Origin: Squalus acanthias
Lineage: Eukaryota
Assembly (NCBI GenBank): GCA_030390025.1
Contig: CM059431.1
Span: 155,002,001-155,066,000, forward strand
Direction of reading: 5' to 3'
Length of the DNA stretch: 64,000 bases
In this document: positions 1-11,370 of the stretch, one piece after another
Position numbering within the stretch: position 1 is the stretch's first letter
Layout: each line of letters begins with the position of its first letter
Notes under the pieces: generated by a model
The model's input: only the letters and a program-made list of their open reading frames with translations
Database searches by the model: none
What the model was told of the DNA's origin: nothing
Position numbers and translations under genes: made by a program

Positions 1-1040
1 ATTTTGTTTTTGTGACTGGAGGCCTGTGTCCAGTGGTGTACCGCAGATTTCGGTACTGGGTCCCTTGCTATTTGTAGTGCACATTAATGATTTAGATATG
101 TATGTTGGAGGTAAGATCAGTAAGTTCGCAGATGACACGAACATTGCTGGAGTGGTAAATAGCGAGGACTGAAGCCTCAGGCTACAGGACGAAATAGACG
201 GGTTGGTCAGATGTGCAGAACAGTGGCAAATGGAATTTAAGTTGAAAGGTGTGAGGTGATGCATTTGGGTTGGACTAAGAAGGCAAGTGTATACATAATG
301 AATGGTAGGACCGTAGGAAGAACAGAGGATCAGAGGGACCTTAGTGTGCCTATACATAGATCTCTGAAGGCAGGAGGACAGTTAGATAAGGTGGATTAAA
401 AGGCATATGGGATACTTGCCTTCATTAGCCGAGGCATAGAATATAAAAGAAGGAAAGTTATGATGGAACTGTACAAAACGTTAGTTAGACCACAGCTGGA
501 ATACTGTGGGCAGTTCTGGTCGCCACACTATAGGAAGGACGTGATTGCTTTGGAAAGGGTGCAGAGGAGATTCACCAGAATGTTAATTGGGCCGGAGCGC
601 TTTAGCTACGAAGAGAGCCTGGACTGGCTGGGTTTATTTTCCATAGAGCAGCGAAGGCTGAGGTGGGACCTGATTGAGGTGTACAAAATTAAAAGGGGAA
701 TAGATAGGGTATGTAGAAAGGAATTTGTCCCCTTAGAAGAGGGATCAATAACCAGATGCCACAGTTTCAACGTAAGTCGCAGGGGGTTTAGAGGGGTGTG
801 AGGAAAAACTTTTTCACCCAGAGGGTGGTTGGAATCTAGAATTCTCTGCCTGAAAGGGTGGTAGAGGCAGGAACCCTCACAACATTCAAGAAGCATTTAG
901 ATGATCACTTGAAAGGCCATAGCATACAAAGCTAGGGACCAAGTGCTGGAAAATGGGATTTAGAATAGACAGGGCTTGATGGCGGGGGAAGGCACGATGG
1001 CCGAAGGGCATCTTTTTGTGCTGTATAACTCGATGACTCT
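1..1040 (+). mobile_element. CR1-clade LINE, 3' part of ORF2 (RT and C-terminus) plus 3' UTR, degenerate
   Basis: ORF 460-801 carries LVRPQLEYC.QFWSP..RKD...LERVQRRFTRM, typical of the CR1 ORF2 C-terminus. A KFADDT motif lies near 122. The CR1-type 3' tail ends around 1040. Confidence 0.93.
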
Positions 1041-1172
1041 AATCCAAAGAATTGGATTTAGGATTGACTGTTGTGCCTGTAAATGTACAAGTCATTCCAA
1101 AGACACTTGGAATGTCAGAGGCATGGAAGATGTGATTTAGTATCTGTAGGACAGGGCCTGGGATTTCACAGG

Positions 1173-3640
1173 ACTGCTGATGATACAAAGCAAGCTGGGT
1201 CAGTAAGTAGTGAGGAGAACAAAAAGAGTCTGCAAAGTGACATAGATAGACTGATTGACTGGGCAGTAGGGTGGCAAATGTATTATAATGTTGGGAAACG
1301 TGAGGTTATTCACGTTGTTATGAAGAATAGAAAAACAGATTTATTTTAAAATTGAGAGAAACTGCTAATGTAACACCCTTATTTAAAAAGGGTTGTAGGC
1401 AGAAGGCTGGGAATTATAGACCAGTTAGCCTAACATCTGTGGTGGGTAACATTTTGGAGTCTATTATTAAGGAGACAGTAACGGAACATTTAGATAAACA
1501 TAATTTAATAGGACAAAGTCAGCATGGCTTTATGAAGGGGAAGTCATGTCTGACAAATTTGCTTGAGTTCTTGGAGGACATAACGTACAGGGTGGTTAAA
1601 GGGGAATCAGTGGATGTAGTGTATTTAGCCTTCCAGAAGGCTTTCGACAAGGTGCCACTTAAAAGATTATTACTCAAGATAAAAAATCACTGGATTGGGG
1701 GTAATATTCTGGCATGGGTGGAGGATTGGTTATCCAACAGGAAGCAGAGAGTTGTGTAGAAATTGTTCATTCTCGGACTGGCAACCAGTAGCAAGTGGTG
1801 TTCCGCAGGGGTCGGTGCTGGGTCCCCAACTCTTTACAATCTATATTAACGATTTGGAGGAGCGGACCGAGTGTAACATATCAAAGTTTGCAGATGATAC
1901 AAAGATGGGACGGAAAGTAGAGAGTGAGGAGGACATAAAAATTCTACAAGGGGATATAGACAGGCTGGGTGAGTGGGCAGAGATTTGGCAGATGCAATAC
2001 AATATTGGAAAATGTGAGGTTATGCACTTTCGCAGGAAAAATCAGAGAGCAAGTTATTATCTTAATGGCGAGAAACTGGAAAGTACTGCAGTACAAAGGG
2101 ATCTGGGGGTCTTGGTGCAAGAAAATCAAAAAGTTAGTATGCAGGTGCAGCAGGTGATCAAGAAAGCCAATGGAATGTTGGCTTTTATTGCTAGGGAGAT
2201 AGAATATAAAAACAGGGCGGTATTGCTGCAGTTGTATAGGGTATTGGTGAGTCCGCATCTGGAGTACTGCATACAGTTATGGTGTCCATACTTAAGAAAA
2301 TACATACTTCCTCTCGAGGCAGTACAATGAAGGTTCACTCGGTTAATTCCGGGGATGAGGGTGTGGACATACGAGGAGATGTTGAGTAGATTGGGACTCT
2401 AGTCATTGGAGTTCAGAAGAATGAGAGGCGAGCGTATTGAAACATATAAGATTGTGAAGGGACTTGATCGGGTGGACGCGGTGAGGATGTTCCCAATGAT
2501 GGGTGAAACTAGAATTAGGGGACATAATCTTAGAATAAGGGGCTGCTCTTTCAAAACTGAGATGAGGAGAAACTTTTTCACTCAGATGGTAGTGGGTCTG
2601 TGAAATTTGCTACCCCAGGAAGCTGTGGATGCTATTTCATGAAATAAATTTAAAACAGAAATAGACCGTTTCCTAGAAGTAAAGGGAATCAGGGGTTACG
2701 GGGAGCGGGCTGGAAATTGGACATGAGTTTGAGTTCGGATCGGTCAAGGCCCTGTGGGTGGCGGAGCGGCACCAGGGGCCGAGTGGCCTGGTCCTGCTCC
2801 TACTTCTTGTGTTCTTTAGAGTTGAGGTTGGATCAGATCAGCCATGATCTCATTGAATGGCGGAGCAGCCTTGAGGGGCCGATTGGTCTACTCCTATTTC
2901 TTATGTTCTTATGTTCTTATGTAAATGTTATTGTGGTCAGAGTGATTTGGGGTTCCTCGTGCAAGAAACACAGAAAGCTAGCATGCAATAAGGAAGGTAA
3001 GTTATATGTTGGCCTTTATTGCAATGGATGTGGAGTATAAGGGTAAGGAAGTCTTGCTACAATTGTACAGGTTCTTGATTAGACCACAACTGGAGTACTG
3101 TGCACAGTTTTGGTCTCCTTATCTAAGAAAGGATATACTTGCCTTGGAGGCTGTGCATTGAAGGTTCACCAGATTGATTCCTGGGATGAGAGGGCTGTGC
3201 TATGATGACAGATTGTGTAGAATGAACCTATAATCTCTGGAGTTCAGAAGAATGATGGGTGATCTCATTCAAACATACAGGATCTAAATGGGATGGACAG
3301 GGTAGATGCTGAGATTTTGTTTCCCCCGCTTGGAGTGTCTAGAAGTATGGGGCACAGTATAATGATAAGTGCTAGGCCATTTAAGACATACATGATGACG
3401 AACTTCTTCACTCAGAGGGTTGTGAATCTTTCGAACTCTCTGCCCCAGAGAGCTGTGAATGCTGAGTCTTTGAGTATATTCAAGGTTGAGATACATAGAT
3501 TTTTGGATTCTTGGGGAATCAAGGGATAAAAAGATGGGGCGGGAAAGTGGAACTGCGGTCGATGATCAGGCATGACTTAATTGAATGTCTGAGCATGCCG
3601 ATAGGGCCGGATGGCCTACTCCTGCTCTTATTTCGTATGC
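1173..3640 (+). mobile_element. Older CR1 LINE fragment, split by a younger CR1 insertion
   Basis: ADDTK...LQSDIDRL..WA..WQM at 1173-1350. The same element resumes at about 2921 and runs through ORF 3293-3529 to a 3' tail. Confidence 0.8.
1363..2920 (+). mobile_element. Nested 5'-truncated CR1 LINE (RT domain, frameshifted)
   Basis: ORFs 1352-1759, 1695-2330 and 2406-2603 contain NYRPVSLTSV, QHGFMKGKSCLTNL, GVPQGSVLGP and KFADD. It ends in a (TTCTTATG)n tail. Confidence 0.93.
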
Positions 3641-4450
3641 ACTTTGTAGACAGGGGTAAGGTAGTAGTAGTAATATATCTATATTTATAAAATGCCTTTG
3701 ATATGGTATCACATAATAATCTAATGAATAAGGTGAGTGCATGCGGAGTCGTGGAACACGTAGCAGAATGGATAGCGAGGTGGCTGCAAGAGAGAAATCA
3801 GAGAGTAAGGGTAAAGGGTAGCTATTCAGAGTGGCAGAAGGTGGATAGTGGGGTTCCACAAGGATCAATGCTGGGAACACTGTTGTTCACAATTTATTTC
3901 ATGATTTAGACTTTGGAATCAAAAACACATTTTCTAAATTTGTAGACAACATCAAATTCAGAGGGACTGTCAATACTGAGGAGGACTTCAAGAAATTAAA
4001 AGAAGACATGAATAAACTTGTAGAATGGGCATATATTTGGCAAATGAATTTCAACATGGATTAGTGTGATGTATTATATTTAGGTAAGAAAAGTAAGACG
4101 TCTCATATTTTTTCGAAAATAAGAATCTATATGGGGCAGAGGAGGAAAGGGGTATCGGAGTACCAATACACACATCATTAAAAATTACGATGCAGGTCAA
4201 TAAGGCCATAACAAAAGCAACCAATCACAGGGGTTTATTTGTAGAGGGATAGAATTGGAAAGTAGAGAAGTAATGCTAAACATTTATCGAACCTTGGTTA
4301 GACCACACTTGTAGTACTGTGTACAGTTCTGGCCATATCATAGAAAAAGCATATAGAGGCACTGGAGTAGGTGCAAGAAAGATTTACAAGGATGCTACCA
4401 AAACTGCGAGGTTATACCAATCCCGAACGGTTGAACAGGCCGGGTCACTT
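3640..4450 (+). mobile_element. Degenerate CR1 RT fragment, similar to 29340-30150
   Basis: ORF 3703-3909 contains GVPQGSMLG, and the sequence is colinear with the 29-30 kb CR1 copy. Confidence 0.85.
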
Positions 4451-4464
4451 AACGTTAAAGTGTC

Positions 4465-6537
4465 ATTGCTGCGGGGGAGGGGCTGGGTCGGTGGGTAGAC
4501 GGGGATGGGTCGGTGATGGGGCGGGGTTGATTTGCTGAAAGGGAGGGGCTGGGTCGGTTGGGCGGCGGGGGATTGTTTTCTGAGGGAGCGGGGCTGTGTC
4601 GGTGGGTAGAGGGGGCTGGTTCGGTGGTGGGGCGGGGTTGGATTGCTAAAAAGGGCGGGGCTGGGTCGGTGGGGAGGCGGGGATTGTTTTCTGAGGGTGC
4701 TGGGCTGGGTCGGTTGTTAGAATGATCTGAGTCAGTTGGGGGTGGAGATGAATATCTGTTGTGTAGGAGATCGGTGAGGCTGGATTACTGAGGGTTCGGT
4801 TGGGGGGTCAGTGGGGAGGCGGGGCTGAGTGGGTGGGAGGCTGGACTGGGTCGGTGAGATTTGGTGATGGATGACTAAGGGGGCGGGGCGGATTCGGTGT
4901 GGGGCGTGGCTGGGGCGTTGCGGGGTGGGGATTGATTGCTGTCGGTGGGGTGTGAGTTTGGGTCGGTAGGGGTTGGGAATGGATTGCTGAGGGGGCGTGG
5001 TTGGGTCTGTGGGGGGGCGGATCTCGGTCGGTGGGGCGTGGGCCTGAATTGCTTGGTTCGTGGCTGGGTCGGTGGCTGGAAGGGGTTGTTCGGCAGGGTC
5101 TGGGGATGATTTGCTGTGGGGGAAGGTTGGGTTCGGTGAGTAGATGCGGCTGCTTCGGTGGGGGCTGGTGATGATTTGTCGAGGGGGCGGGTCTGGGTCG
5201 GTATGGGGGTGGGGCTGGGTCTTTGGGGGCGGGGCTGGGGCGGTGTGGGGTGGGAATGGATTGCTGAGGGGGCGGGGCTTTGTCGGTGTGGGAGGCGGGG
5301 CTGTGTCGGTGGGTGGTGTGGATGAGTTGCTGACGGGGCGGGGCTGGTATGGTAGGGGACGGGGCTGGGTCGGGTGCGGTGGGGAGAGTTTGTTCGCGGT
5401 GCGTCTGTGTCGCTGGGGGTCGGGGATTGGTCGGTGAGGGGTGCGGATGGAATCGCTGAGGGGGCGGGGTTTGTCGGTGGTTAGACGGGCCTGGGTCGGT
5501 GGGTGTTCGTGCTGGATTGCTGAGGGGCGGGGCTGGGTCATTGAGTATGCGGGGCTGGGTCGGTAGGGTGCAGGAATCGATTTCTGAGGGGGCGGGGATG
5601 GGTCATTGAGTATGCGGGGCTGGGTCAGTGGGGTGTGGGGATCGATTGCTGTGGGGGCGGGGCTGGGTCATTGAGTATGCGGGGCTGGGTCGGTGGGGTG
5701 TGGGGATCGATTGCTGAGGGGGCGGGACTAGTTCGGTGGTGTGGCGGGGATGTTTCGGGCGGGGGCGGGGATTTATTGCTGATTGCGGTGCTGGTTTGTT
5801 TGGTAGACGGGGCTGGGTCGGTGGGAATACTGGGCTGGGTCGGTGGGTGTTGGTGTGGGATTGCTGAGTGGGCGGGGCTGGATCATTGAGTATGCGGGGC
5901 TGGGTCGGTGGTGTGTGGGGATCGATTGATGAGGGGGCGGTTCTGGGTCATTGAGTATGTGGGCTGGGTCGGTGGGTTGTGGGGATCGATGGCTGAGGGT
6001 GCGGGGCTGGGTCGGAGGTGTGGCGAGGATGTTTCGGGCGGGGGCGGGGATTGATTGCTGAGGTTGCGGGGCTGGTTTGTTTGGTAGACGGGGCTAGGTC
6101 GGTGGGAATACTGGGCTGGGTCGTTGGGGGGTGGTGTTGATTTGCTGAGGGGTTCGGGGCAGGGTCAGTGGGTAGACGGTTCTGGTCGGTGGGGTTTGGG
6201 GATGATTTGATGAGGATGTGGAGCTGAGTGGGTTGGGTGGCTGGGTCGGTTGGAGGTGGGGATGTATTGCGGATGGGCGGGGCTAGTTCGCTGGGTAGAC
6301 GGGGCTGGGTCGGTGGGGGGGAGGAAGGTTCACTGGAATGGCAGAGTGAGGCTGTTTCCGTGGTTTGTGGGGTCTTGAACAGTGGTGTGCGGTGCTGGGT
6401 CAGGGGGTGTGGGGCTTGATCAGTGGGGTGTGCGGTGTGTCAGTGGGGTGTGGGGCTGGGTCAGTGGGGTTTGGTGTGTTCAGTGGGGTGTGGGGCTGTG
6501 TCAGTGGGGCTTCGATGTTTGGCTGTGTCAGTGGGAT
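4465..6537. repeat. Degenerate G-rich tandem repeat array (GGGGCTGGGTCGGTG core)
   Basis: Recurrent ggggctgggtcggtg and gattgctgagggggcgggg motifs with extreme G/T strand skew. Confidence 0.9.
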
Positions 6538-7009
6538 GGATGAACAAATGCACTTGAACTACATAGGGTCAATGGGTGGCAAGCTCGAGGTTACCGAACC
6601 TCACTGCAAAGAAAAGATGTATTTGAGGATAATATAGTTAAGCAAGAGGAAGAAAGGAATTGGAAGATTCTGCTGATAGGGTTAGACAAACAGGGACGGG
6701 AGGAGGTTCAGGTGGAGTATAAACACAGGCATGAACGAGTTGAGCGAATAGACTGTTTCTGAGCTGTACATTCTATGCAATTCTCTGTATTAAAAAAGAG
6801 AAGTGACGGCTCTGCATTTTCTGAAGCAGTTTTGTAAAAGGAGAATATCGGAAGCTTTGCTATAATTCTGTAACCTGCAGCACACAAACCCCTCCGCTTC
6901 AAATGGGAGATTCCAGTTGCCCTGCCAGAACACGTGGAATGTTTTGTCAAAGTAAAATGAGTTTAACAATGCCTGTACAATTAAACGCCAAATGAGACAT
7001 GTGTATTTC

Positions 7010-9920
7010 AGAGTATCCAGGGCAATTTGACACAGTGGATCCAAAATTGGCTTCGTGGCTGGAGGCAGAGCTTGATGGTCGAAAGCTGTTTTTGTGATTG
7101 GAAGCCTGTGTCCAGTAGTGTACTGAAGGGATCGGTGCTGGGTCCTTTGCTGTTTGTAGTGTACATTAATGATTTAGATATGAATGTAGGTGGTATGATC
7201 AGTAAGTTTGCAGATGACACGAAAAATGGTGGGGAGGTAAATAGCGAGGAGGGAAGCCTCAGGCTACAGGACACTATAGACGGGTTGATCAAATGGGACA
7301 AACAGGGGGCTATAAGGGGAGAGGAGCTAAACACGATCAAAATCACTAAGGAAGTGGTACTCGGTAAAATAATAGGACTCAAGGCGGATAAATCACCTGG
7401 ACCTGATGGCTTACATCCTAGAGTCTTGAAGGAATTGGAGGTAGGGATTGTAGATGCATTGGTAATAATTTTTCAAAACTCCCTGGATTCCGCTAAGGTC
7501 CCGGCAGACTGGAAAACTGCAAATGTAACACCCTTATTTAAAAAGGGCAGTAGACAGAAGGCTGGTAACTATAGACCGGTTAGCCTAACATCTGTGGTAG
7601 GTAAAATTTTGGAGTCCATTATTAAGGAAACAGTAACAGGACATTTGGATAATCATAATTTAATAGGACAAAGTCAGCATGGTTTTACGAAGGGGAAGTC
7701 ATGTTTGACAAATTTGCTGGAGTTCTTTGAGGAAGTAACGTATAGAGTGGATAAAGGAGAACCAGTGAACGTAGTGTATTTAGACTTCCAAAAGGCATTT
7801 GACAAGGTGCCACACAAAAGATTATTGCTTAAGGTAAAAAATCACGGGATTGGGGGTAATATTCTGGCATGGATAAAGGATTGGCTATCTAACAGAAAGC
7901 AAAGAGTTGGGATAAATGGTTCATTCTCAGACTGGCAATCAGTAACTAGTGGTGTTCCACAGGGGTCAGTGCTGGGTCCCCAACTCTTTACAATCTATAT
8001 TAACGATTTGGAGGAAGGGACCAAGTGTAACATATCAAAATTTGCAGATGATACTAAGATGGGAGGGAAAGTAGTGAGTGAGGAGGACATAAAAAACCTG
8101 GAGGGGACATAGACAGGCTAAGTAAGTGGGCAGAGATTTGGCAGATGGAATACAACACTGGAAAGTGTGAGGTGATGCACTTTGGCAGGAAAAATCCTAG
8201 AGCAATTTATTATCTTAATGGCAAGAAACTGGAGAGTACTGAAGTGCAAAGGGATCTGGGGGTCCTGGTGCACGAAACTCAAAAGGTTAGTATGCAGGTG
8301 CAGCAAGTGATTAAGAAGGCAAATGGAATGTTGGCTTTCATTGCTAGGGGGATAGAATATAAAAATAGGGAGGTATTGCTTCAGTTGTACAAGGTATTGG
8401 TGAGACTGCACCTGGAATACTGCATACAGTTTTGGTGTCCTTACTTAAGGAAAGACATCCTTGCTCTCGAGGCAGTGCAAAAAAGGTTCACTCAGTTAAT
8501 CCCGGGGAAGAGGGGGTTGTCATATGAGGAGAGGTTGGGTAGATTGGGACTCTACTCATTGGAGTTCAGAAGAATGAGAGGCGATCTTATTGAAACATAT
8601 AAGATTGTGAAGGGGTTGGATCGGGTGGATGCGGGGAGGATGTTCCCGATGACGGGTGAGACTAGAACTAGGGGACATAGTCTTAGAATAAGGGGCTGCT
8701 CTTTCAAAACTGAGATGAGGAGGAACTACTTCACTCAGATCGTGGAAGGTCCATGGAATATGCTGCCACAAAAAGCTGTAGAAGCTACATCATTAAATAA
8801 ATGTAAAACAGAAATAGACAGTTTCCTAGATGTAAAGGGCATTAAGGGTTACGGGGAGCGGGCAGGAATTTGGACATGAGTCTAGGTTCGGATCGGTCAT
8901 GGCCCTGTGGGTAGTGGAGCGGGCCCAGGGACCGTGTAGCCTGATTCTGCTCCTATTACGTGTGTGCAATTATTTTAGATGCAGGAGATGGTTCTGTGAT
9001 AGTACGCAGTAGATTGGCGGTAAGGATCAGATCAGCCATGATCTTATTGAATGGCGGAGCAGGCTCGAGGGGCCGATTGGCCTATTCCTGCTCCTTTTTG
9101 TTATGTTCTTATGTAACAGTGGCAAATGGAACTTAAGCCTGAAAAGATTGAGGTGATGAATTTTGGGAGGACTGACAAGGCAAGGGAATAAACAATGAAT
9201 GGTAGGACCCTAGGAAGGACCGAGGATCAGAGGGACCGTGTTGTGCATGTACATAGATCTCTGAAGGCAGCACGACAGTTAGATAAGGTGGTTAACAAGG
9301 CATATGGGATACTTGCCTTCATTAGCCGAGGCATAGATTTTAAGAGCAGGGAGGTTATGATGGAGCTGTGCAAAACGCTAGTTAGGCCACAGCTGGAATA
9401 CTGTGTGCAGTTCTGGTCGCCACACTATAGGAAGGATGTGATTGCATTGGAGAGGGTGCAGATGAGACTCACCAGGATGTTACCTGGGCTGCAGCGCTTC
9501 AGCTAGAAACTGGACAGGCTGCGGTTGTTTTCCTTAGAGCAGATAAGACTGAGGGGATACCTGATTGAGATGTACAAAATTATGAGGGGCATAGCTAGGG
9601 TAGATTGAATGGAACTTTTCACTTAGTAGAGTGGTCAATAACCAGGGGGCATAGTTTCAAAGTAAGGGGCAGGAGGTTTAGAGGGGATTTGAGGAAAAAC
9701 ATTTTCACCCAGAGGATGGTTGGAATCTGGAACTCACTGTCTGAAAGGGTGGCAGAGGGAGGAACCCTCACAACATTCAATAAACATTTAGATGAGCACT
9801 TGAAACGCCATAGCTTAAAAGGCCACAGACCAAGTCTGGAAAATGGGAATCAAATAGACAGGTCATGATGGCAGCGCGGTCCCGAAAGGCCTCTTTCTGT
9901 GCTGTATAACTCTATGACTC
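7010..9920 (+). mobile_element. CR1 LINE 3' fragment, host of a nested insertion
   Basis: RT motifs at 7027-7300 (GSVLGPLLF, KFADD). It resumes at 9115 (aacagtggcaaatgg) and continues through ORFs 9195-9506 and 9605-9868 to a 3' tail. Confidence 0.9.
7306..9114 (+). mobile_element. Nested 5'-truncated CR1 LINE with AACAG target-site duplication
   Basis: KSPGPDGLHPRVLKEL through the RT and C-terminus (ORF 8145-8879). AACAG occurs at 7301-7305 and 9115-9119. Confidence 0.92.
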
Positions 9921-9989
9921 TGTGAGAGAGTTTGATCCAAGGGATGCACACAGTTTGCCACGTGGCTGAAGAGTTAGACATGTGTATCG

Positions 9990-11370
9990 CCATCTCCAGC
10001 CTCCCTTTCCCCTCAATGTTTTGTCGCCTCACGAATCTCTGCCCATCTTTCTCACAACTTCATATTTGAATCTCTCCAATCGGGTTTCTGCTCCTGACAC
10101 AGCACTGAACTGACAATAATAAAAGTCAGAAATGAAACGTTCTATGCCTGCGAAAGTGGTAAATTATCCCCCCTCATTTTTCTTGAGCTCTGCAGCCTTT
10201 ACACGGTCCAGCACAACATCCTCCACCGCCTCTCCTCCGTTGTCCAGCACAGTGGGACTGTCCTTGCTTGGGTTCACTTTTAACCATCCAGTCGTACCCA
10301 GCTAATTTTCATCAAGGGCTTCTCTTCCCTCTGCCGCACTGTTACCCTGGAGACTCCCGTAGATCCCCTCTCTCCCCCTCTTATTTCTCATCTGCATGCT
10401 GCCCATTGGAGACATTATCCGAAGACAAGTGATCAGCTTTCACATGTACGCCAACAATTATCTTCTCCACCTCTCCACCACCTCTCCCGCCCCCTCCACT
10501 GACTCTGCTTTCTCACGCTGCTTGTCCGACAGTCAGTCTGAGATATGCTACACGTTTCTCCAAATAAACATTGGTAAGACCGAAGACATGGTCTTCGACC
10601 CCCGCCACAAATTGTCTTCCCTTGTGGTGATTCCATCCCCGTCCAGCTAGTGTCTCCGATTGAACCAGACTGTTTACAAGCTCAGCATTCTATATGACGA
10701 CAAGCTGAGCTTCCGACCCGATATTCTCTCCAACACAAACACCGCCTGCTTCCACCTCCGTAACATCACCCATCTTTATCCCTGCTTCAGTCCGTCTGCT
10801 GCTGAAATCCTCATCCTTGCTCTGATCACCTGTAGACTCGAGTTTTCTAGTGCTCTCCGGGTCGGCTTTGTCCTTTTACTCTCCGTAAACTTGGGTGGAT
10901 CCAAAATGCTGCTCACCGATCACCACTGTCCTTGCGAACCTACATTGGCTCCCGGTCCCCCAGCACCTCCAAATTACCATTCGCATCCTCGTTTAAATCC
11001 CTTCATGGTCCTTTTCCTTCCAGTCTCTGTCACATCCTTCAGCCGTACAAGCCCCCAGCACCAAGGTCTCTCTATTCCTCCGGCTCTGGGCGCGATTGCA
11101 TTTCTCCATCTCCTCAGTCCATCTATGGCGACTGTGTCTTCGGCTGTCCGGGTTCTCTTATCTGAAATCCCCCACCTAACGCTCTCCAGCTTCTTCCCCT
11201 CCTATTAAGATGCTCCTAAACCCGATTTATTTTACCAACATTTTGGACCACTCCTCCTTCTAAATCCTTTCTTCAGCAGCCATCTTTTATCTGATTCGGC
11301 TCCTGTGAAGCACCTTGGGATGTTTGTCGATGTTTAAAGCGCTGTGTAAAGGCAAGTTATTTTTGTGACT
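9990..11370 (+). mobile_element. L2-clade LINE 3' fragment, degenerate
   Basis: Remnants read MLP.GDII...SFHMYA..., LQINIGKTE and FHLRNI..L.P..S..AAE.LI.A. An L2-type tail (ctcctgtgaagcaccttggg) is present. Confidence 0.8.

Noticed and set aside
4732..5541. 269-aa Pro-rich minus-strand ORF
   Set aside because: A low-complexity translation of the C-rich strand of the tandem array.
7027..8112. 361-aa ORF with two RT motif sets
   Set aside because: A chance in-frame fusion of a host CR1 and a nested CR1 at the AACAG TSD.
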